Shown here: one piece after another, positions 21,163-26,639 of the stretch | Position numbering within the stretch: the stretch's first letter is position 1 | Layout: every line of letters begins with the position of its first letter | From: Chiloscyllium plagiosum | Lineage: Eukaryota | Direction of reading: 5' to 3' | DNA length: 26,639 bases | Assembly (NCBI RefSeq): GCF_004010195.1 | Contig: NC_057719.1 | Span: forward strand, 93,387,946-93,414,584 | Notes under the pieces: generated by a model | The model's database searches: none | The model's input: the letters and a program-made list of their open reading frames with translations, nothing else | What the model was told of the DNA's origin: nothing | Translations under genes and position numbers: made by a program

Positions 21163-21639
21163 GTAAGTCACTCTATCTGTCTAGTGAAACCGGCTGAACT
21201 GAATCGATGATCATGATATATAAATTTTGGAAAGGTGCAAGTCAATATTCTCAGTTCCAATTCAAGATTCCATTCCTTAGAAATTATAACGAACAAATTA
21301 CTCAATGCAAATTATTCACCAATATCCGAGAATAGAACAGACTGTTCTCAACCTCCTTGATTCATTTTTTCCTGCAAAGTTTACATCTCCATCTCCTTCC
21401 CACATACCACTCCTGTCCAGTACTACCCTTAAGACATCGCAGTCTCGTCCTCAGCCTCAGTGCAACTCCTGAATAAACCATTACTTGTGCCTTTGTTAAT
21501 TCCCGATAAATTTGTTTCAAGTGCCTTCTTATCACATATCCATTGCAAAATAATTGCACTTGCGATGTTTAACTTGTTCTTTGCACAAACTCTGAAAGAT
21601 GGGAAGACAGTGTATGGTAGTCATGTCATTGGCTCTTAA

Positions 21640-21855
21640 TCTAGAGTCAAAGAATAATGATCTATTGATATTAGCTTGCTTGTTGCCCATTAGAGAAGGA
21701 AATGGGCCACTCTTCCATGTCTGGTCTGTGTGTGACTGCAAATCCACAGCAATGTGTTTTATTATTTACTGTCCTGTGGAACAACTGAACCAGCCATTCA
21801 GTTCAAGATCGGCATAACATGCTGGCCTGACCAGGGCTGCACACATCCCGTGAGG
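21640..21855 (+). mobile_element. Old SINE-like repeat with a CR1-type tail, second copy
   Basis: GAAGGAAAT…GTCTGG…CCACAGCAATGTG…CAGTTCAAG…ATGCTGGCCTGACCAG…CACATCCC; homologous to 9040-9270. Confidence 0.65.
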
Positions 21856-22659
21856 GCAGAACAAAAGTGAAGGTAGCTCCCTTCGTCTGCCCATGCCCCA
21901 TAATCCGACAGCTGATTTCCATTCAAGTTGGTGCCATTCATTGTTTTAGATGTATTTTTTGTGATTGAGTCTCTCCCTGAGAGTGATATCCATCTCGATA
22001 GGCACATCTCGTCCTGGCTTTATTCCTGCTGACCTACAGATGTAAGGATGATTTAAATTCCACATCAGTGGCAGTGTATTGTAAATGAATGATTTCCTGT
22101 GTCTCATGAAAGGAACGGAGCCAGCAAAATGAGGGAAAGGAAATAATGTGACCAAACCTGAGAGGGTTGGTGAGACAGTATTGGGGTATTGGGGGCTGAT
22201 TTTCTCTCCTTTATAAGGAGTGAGCTCCTTACCACAGACAGAGTGAACAGGAGTTCCACCAGATTAATCCCTGGGAAGACGGCATCATGAGGAGAGAGTA
22301 AAGGTTGATCTGTTGTCCTCTGATAGAATAAGAGGTGATTACATTGAGCACTGAGTGGGATGGACAATCATTCATTATATTCTAAACAGAAAATCAGAGG
22401 TGATAAATACCATGAATATTGTTTCACTTACCCACGGTGATTGAGAGAGATAGAGAGGTTTAGGTGTTGAACAAACTCTCACAACAATAATACAGTAAAG
22501 TTGGTGTGTGATCCGGCACTGGATGTCATATTATCCATCACCTTGCAGCAGCATCAATGCCTTCATTCTAAAACAGTTAACTATTCCTGCCAGCTTCTGA
22601 CATTCATGAAGAACATGAATCAATCTTCTCAGAGATGCAAGGTGCCTCCTTGAGGTTTA

Positions 22660-23570
22660 GACCATAAAACATAGGAGCAGAAATTAGACCAAATTGGCCC
22701 ATCGAGTCTGTTCCACCATTCAATCATAGCTGATAGGTTTTTATAACCCGTTCTCCGACCTTCTCCCGGTAACCCTTGATCCCGTGAATAATCAAAACCT
22801 ATGTATCTCCGTCTCAAGTATACTCAATAACCTGGCCCCAACAACCTTCTGTGACAACAAATTTCAAAGATTTGCCATTCTCTGGTTAAATACATTTTTC
22901 CTTATCACTGTTCTAAAAGGTGTTCTCTTTCATTTAAGGATGTGCCCTCGGGTCCTCGTCCAATGGAAACATCTTACCAATATCCACTCTGTCCAGGTAT
23001 TTCAGTATTCTGCATGTTTCAATTACATTCCCACTGATCTTTCTAAACTTTATCGAGTATAGACCCAGAGCCCTCAAACATTCCTCATACGATAAGCTTT
23101 TCGTTCCCATGACCACTCTCGTGAAAATATTCTGCACACGCTCCAGGGCCACTACATCCTTCATGAGATATGGGGCACAAGATTTCGCACAATACTCCAA
23201 ATGTGGTGTGACCAGAGCAGTGTGCAACCTGTTTTATAATCAATTCCTCTCGTAATAAATGCCACAAATAATAAATGCAATTGCCCTCCTGACTACTGCC
23301 TCAACCTGCAAGCCTACCTTGAGAGAACCCTGCTGTAGAACTCCCAAGTCCCTTTGAACTTCAGATTTCTGAATTTTAGAAAATAGAGCATGCCTCTATC
23401 CTTCGTTACAAAGTGCATGACCTCAGACTTTCCAATGTTGGAATGCATCTGCCAATATCTTTATCTGTCCAAAACCTTCTTCAGCCTCTCCACCTCCTCA
23501 ATATGATCAGTCCATCTGACTATCTTTGTATTATCTGCAAATGTAGCCAGAGTGCCGTCAGTTCCATTTT
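22660..23570 (-). mobile_element. CR1 LINE 3' portion
   Basis: ALVTPHLEYC…PYLMKDVVALERVQ..FTR…LSYEECLRALGLYS…IETCRILK; tail at about 22660-22700. Confidence 0.9.
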
Positions 23571-24790
23571 ATTGTGGCAATGTGCAGTGTCAGGCAGTGC
23601 TGTTACATGAATGTTACTGACCCTTTAACAGCACAAGCCTGAATGGTGCCTGGGTCTTGCTGCACATGGACACAGACTGGTTCAGGAGCTGATGGGGGGC
23701 AAATTATTTTGAACATTGTGCAATCTTCAATGAATATCCCCACTTCTCATCTTATGGTGGGGAGGGTTGGAGCGGGGAGACATCGATGAAGCAGCTGAAG
23801 ATGTTTGTGAAGAGGAAGGTACCCTGAGGATCTCCCACAGAGTTGACTCAGACTGAGATGATGAACATGTTCCTTTGTGCCATGTTTAACTCCAAACACT
23901 GGAGGGTTTACCCTGATTCCCATTAACTGCAGTTTTGTTAAGCTCATTGATATCAGGGCCAGTCATTTTTATCTGAACCCTTGTGTCAACGTCTTCTGTT
24001 CATATCAATAGGCCATAATATAGGAGCAGAGTGTTGGGGAGCTAGATGCCTGAAAGTATTTTAAAAGGAGGTATATGGATATTGACCTGTCAGAGAGTTG
24101 AGGGCTATGAAGAATTGTGTATAAAAGAGGATTTGAGACCAAAAGCAATTCGTCCATGATCTTAGTTAAGAGCAACGCAAGCTTGGGGAGTTAATGAACT
24201 GCCCTTGCTTCTGATGTTCTCACATTCTTTTATTGGATAGTTAGTGGGTGTTATTTTCATGAATGTTCGGTTATTGAATGTTGCAGTCAGTGAGACAAGA
24301 GGATTTTGTGAGCCATCGCTGGGTGAGGTATTGCGGCTGTACTCACAGGGTATCTGGGTCTATAACATGACCAACAAATGAAGCACAAGTTACAGAGATG
24401 CGAAGCTCTGTCAAGAGAGATGACTGGCCTGTTTCATATCCAGCCTGGGTTTTCCAATTACATTTTCCAAACCAGCCCAATTGTATGGGGTAGTCTTGAG
24501 GGGCTGAATGGTCTCCTCTGTTTCTGTACACCATGTTATAGGAGTATGTAGCCTCCAACTGCTCCTGTCTAGCAGGTTTGAGGGCCTGAATGGAACACAG
24601 AAACATGGGACTGAGAAACGGGAGTGGGTTATTAGACAGTTTGAGCCTTTTCCACCAGGCACTGAGATTGTGACTGATCTGGTTGTGGTCTCAGCCCCAC
24701 CTTCCTGTCTGTGTCCCATTATCCGTGACTCACTTTCATGTCAAATATTTAACGAATGTCGTTTTCAATCAATTTGAACATAGAGACACG
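23570..24790. mobile_element. Mosaic of short decayed CR1-group fragments and tails in both orientations
   Basis: 23600-23950 resembles 16850-17200; CR1-tail-like pieces occur at about 24010-24220 (+), 24480-24540 and 24590-24790. Confidence 0.5.
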
Positions 24791-24854
24791 AAAAACTTCC
24801 AGTGAAGAGAACTCTGACTTGAAATGTACTTCAGAATTTTTTGTCATCCCTCTT

Positions 24855-25852
24855 ACAGAATCAGAGAGTCATGCAGAATGGAAACAGACCCGTTAGTCCA
24901 ATCTGTTCGCTCTGATCAGATATTAAATCTGATCTAGTCCCGTTTGCCAGCATTTGGCCAATATCCCTCCTCTTTCAGATACTTTTTAAATGTGCGTTTG
25001 TAACCGCCTTCACCACTTCTTCTGACAGCACTTTCTGGACACACACCACTCTCTGTTGAAACATTTACCTTCAGGTCCCTTCTAAATCATTCTCCCTCTC
25101 GCCTTCCACCTTTGCCCTCTAGTTCAGGACTTCCCAAACCTGGGGAACAGACTGTGGCTGTTCAGTATATCCATACCTCTGATGATTTTATAAACCTCTA
25201 TAATGTCACTCCTCAGTCTCTGACACTCCGGGGGGAACACCTCAACCTATTTAGCCTCTCCCAAAAGCTGAAACCCTTCAGTCCTGGAACATCCGTGTAA
25301 ATCATATTTGCAGAGAACCGAGTTGTACACAGTATTCTCAAAGTGGCCTCACCAACATGCTGTACAGATGCAACATGCCACGCCAGCTCTGACTGATTAA
25401 GCCAAATGTATCAAATGTGTTCTGCACCACACTCTCTACCAGCAACTCCACATTCAATGAACTATGTACCTGCAGCCCCAGGTCCCTTTTTTCCACCACA
25501 CTCCCCAGGACCTTACAATTAAATGTATAATTTCTGTCCTGATTTGCCTTTACCAAAATGTAAAACTTCGTATTTATCTAAATTAAACTTCATCTGTCAC
25601 CCATTGCCCCTTTGTACCATCTAATTGTGGTCTCGTTGTACTCTTAAATAATCTACTACACCACTTTTCTGATATCATCTGTAAACTTACTAACTATGGC
25701 CCCAATATTCACATCCAAATCCTTGATATAAATGCTGAATGCAGTGAACTCAGTACTGATTGTTGCAGCACACTGCTGGTCACAATCCTCCAGGCTGAAA
25801 AATACCCCTTTTTCTTCAAGCCAATTGTGACTAGCTTCCACTGTCTCCCAAG
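24855..25852 (-). mobile_element. Old CR1 LINE 3' portion
   Basis: IYIKDLDVNIGAIVSKFTDD; VLGSVVEKRDLGLQVHSSL…LYSMLVRPL. Confidence 0.88.
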
Positions 25853-26639
25853 TTAGATAGAAGATAGATAGATAGAAGATAGAAGAATACGGCGCAGTAC
25901 AGGCCCTTGTAGATAACGAGGACATAAAAATCAAGGCTCTGCAATCTCCTCCCTTGCTTCCCAGAGAATCCTAGGATAAATGCCATCAGACCCAGGGGAC
26001 TTATCTATTTTCACCCTTTCCAGAATTTCCAACACCTCTTCTCTACATACCTCAAAGCCATTCATTCTACTTAATTGTGACTCAGTATTCATATCGACAA
26101 CAATGTCCTGTTCCTGAGTGAATACTGACGAAAAGTATTCATTCTGTGTCTCCCTAATCTCTTCAGCCTCCACACGCAACTTCCCACTACTATCCTTGAC
26201 TGGACCTATTCTTATCCTAGTCATTCTTTTATTCCTGACATACCTATAGAAAGCCTTAGGGTTTTCTCTAATCCTGCCAACTAAGGACCTTTCATGTCCC
26301 CTCCTTGCTGCTCTTAGCTCTCTCTTCAGGTCCTTACTGGCTACCTTATAACTCTCAATCGCCCCAATTGAACCATCACGCCTCATCTTTACATAGGCCG
26401 CCCTCTTCCATTTAACAAGGGATTCCAATTCCTTATTAAACCACGGCTCCCTCACACGACCCTTTCCTCCCTGCCTGACGGGTACATAATTATCAAGGAC
26501 ACTCAATAGTTGCTCCTTGAACAACCTCCACATATCAATTACGCCCTTGCCTTGAAGCCTACTTTTCCAAGCCACGCATCCTAAGTCACCGCATCATAAT
26601 TTCCCTGCCCCCAGCTATAACCCTTGCCCTGTAGTGCAC
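25853..26639 (-). mobile_element. Younger CR1 LINE: 3' tail joined to an internal ORF2 segment, running off the window
   Basis: AGATAG(A) tandem tail plus GTACAGGCCCTT at 25853-25908; WRLFK…PWF…IRENPKAFYRYV…IGPVKD…NEYFSSVFT…KIDKSPGSDGIYPRILWEAREEIAEP at 25934-26575. Confidence 0.9.

Noticed and set aside
24347..24585. Apparent minus-strand exon (TTCAG acceptor, GTGAGT donor, open frame ALKPARQ…DPDT)
   Set aside because: The acceptor and part of the body lie in CR1-tail-like remnants, and the peptide matches no family I recognise.
1..26639. CRISPR arrays, operons, true tRNA or rRNA genes
   Set aside because: The sequence is vertebrate genomic DNA; the tRNA-like boxes belong to SINE heads, and no regularly spaced repeat array was seen.

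Overview
Eukaryotic, repeat-dense DNA, almost certainly from an elasmobranch (shark/ray): it contains HE1-type SINEs, many decayed CR1/HER1-type LINEs, Rex1/Babar fragments and two Penelope-like element (PLE) families. Most ORF-track entries are transposon remnants or noise. The track misses the host-gene signal: a + strand first coding exon of a GPR139/GPR142-like class A GPCR at about 21015-21162 (…VLMVIQVGYYPILAIVGVP, then GTAAGT). A decayed paralogous copy of that exon, with homologous upstream and intron sequence, lies at about 7840-8590; a SINE insertion and loss of the splice donor have disabled it. I found no second (TM1-TM7) exon in the window. Other notable signals are several PLE-associated minimal hammerhead-ribozyme motifs (one near-canonical, two in short independent insertions), two fold-back inversions at transposon junctions, a LINE whose 5' and 3' ends match short SINE-like copies, and a 174-bp direct duplication. 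Family assignments come from motif recognition by eye; no database searches were run and transposon boundaries are approximate.
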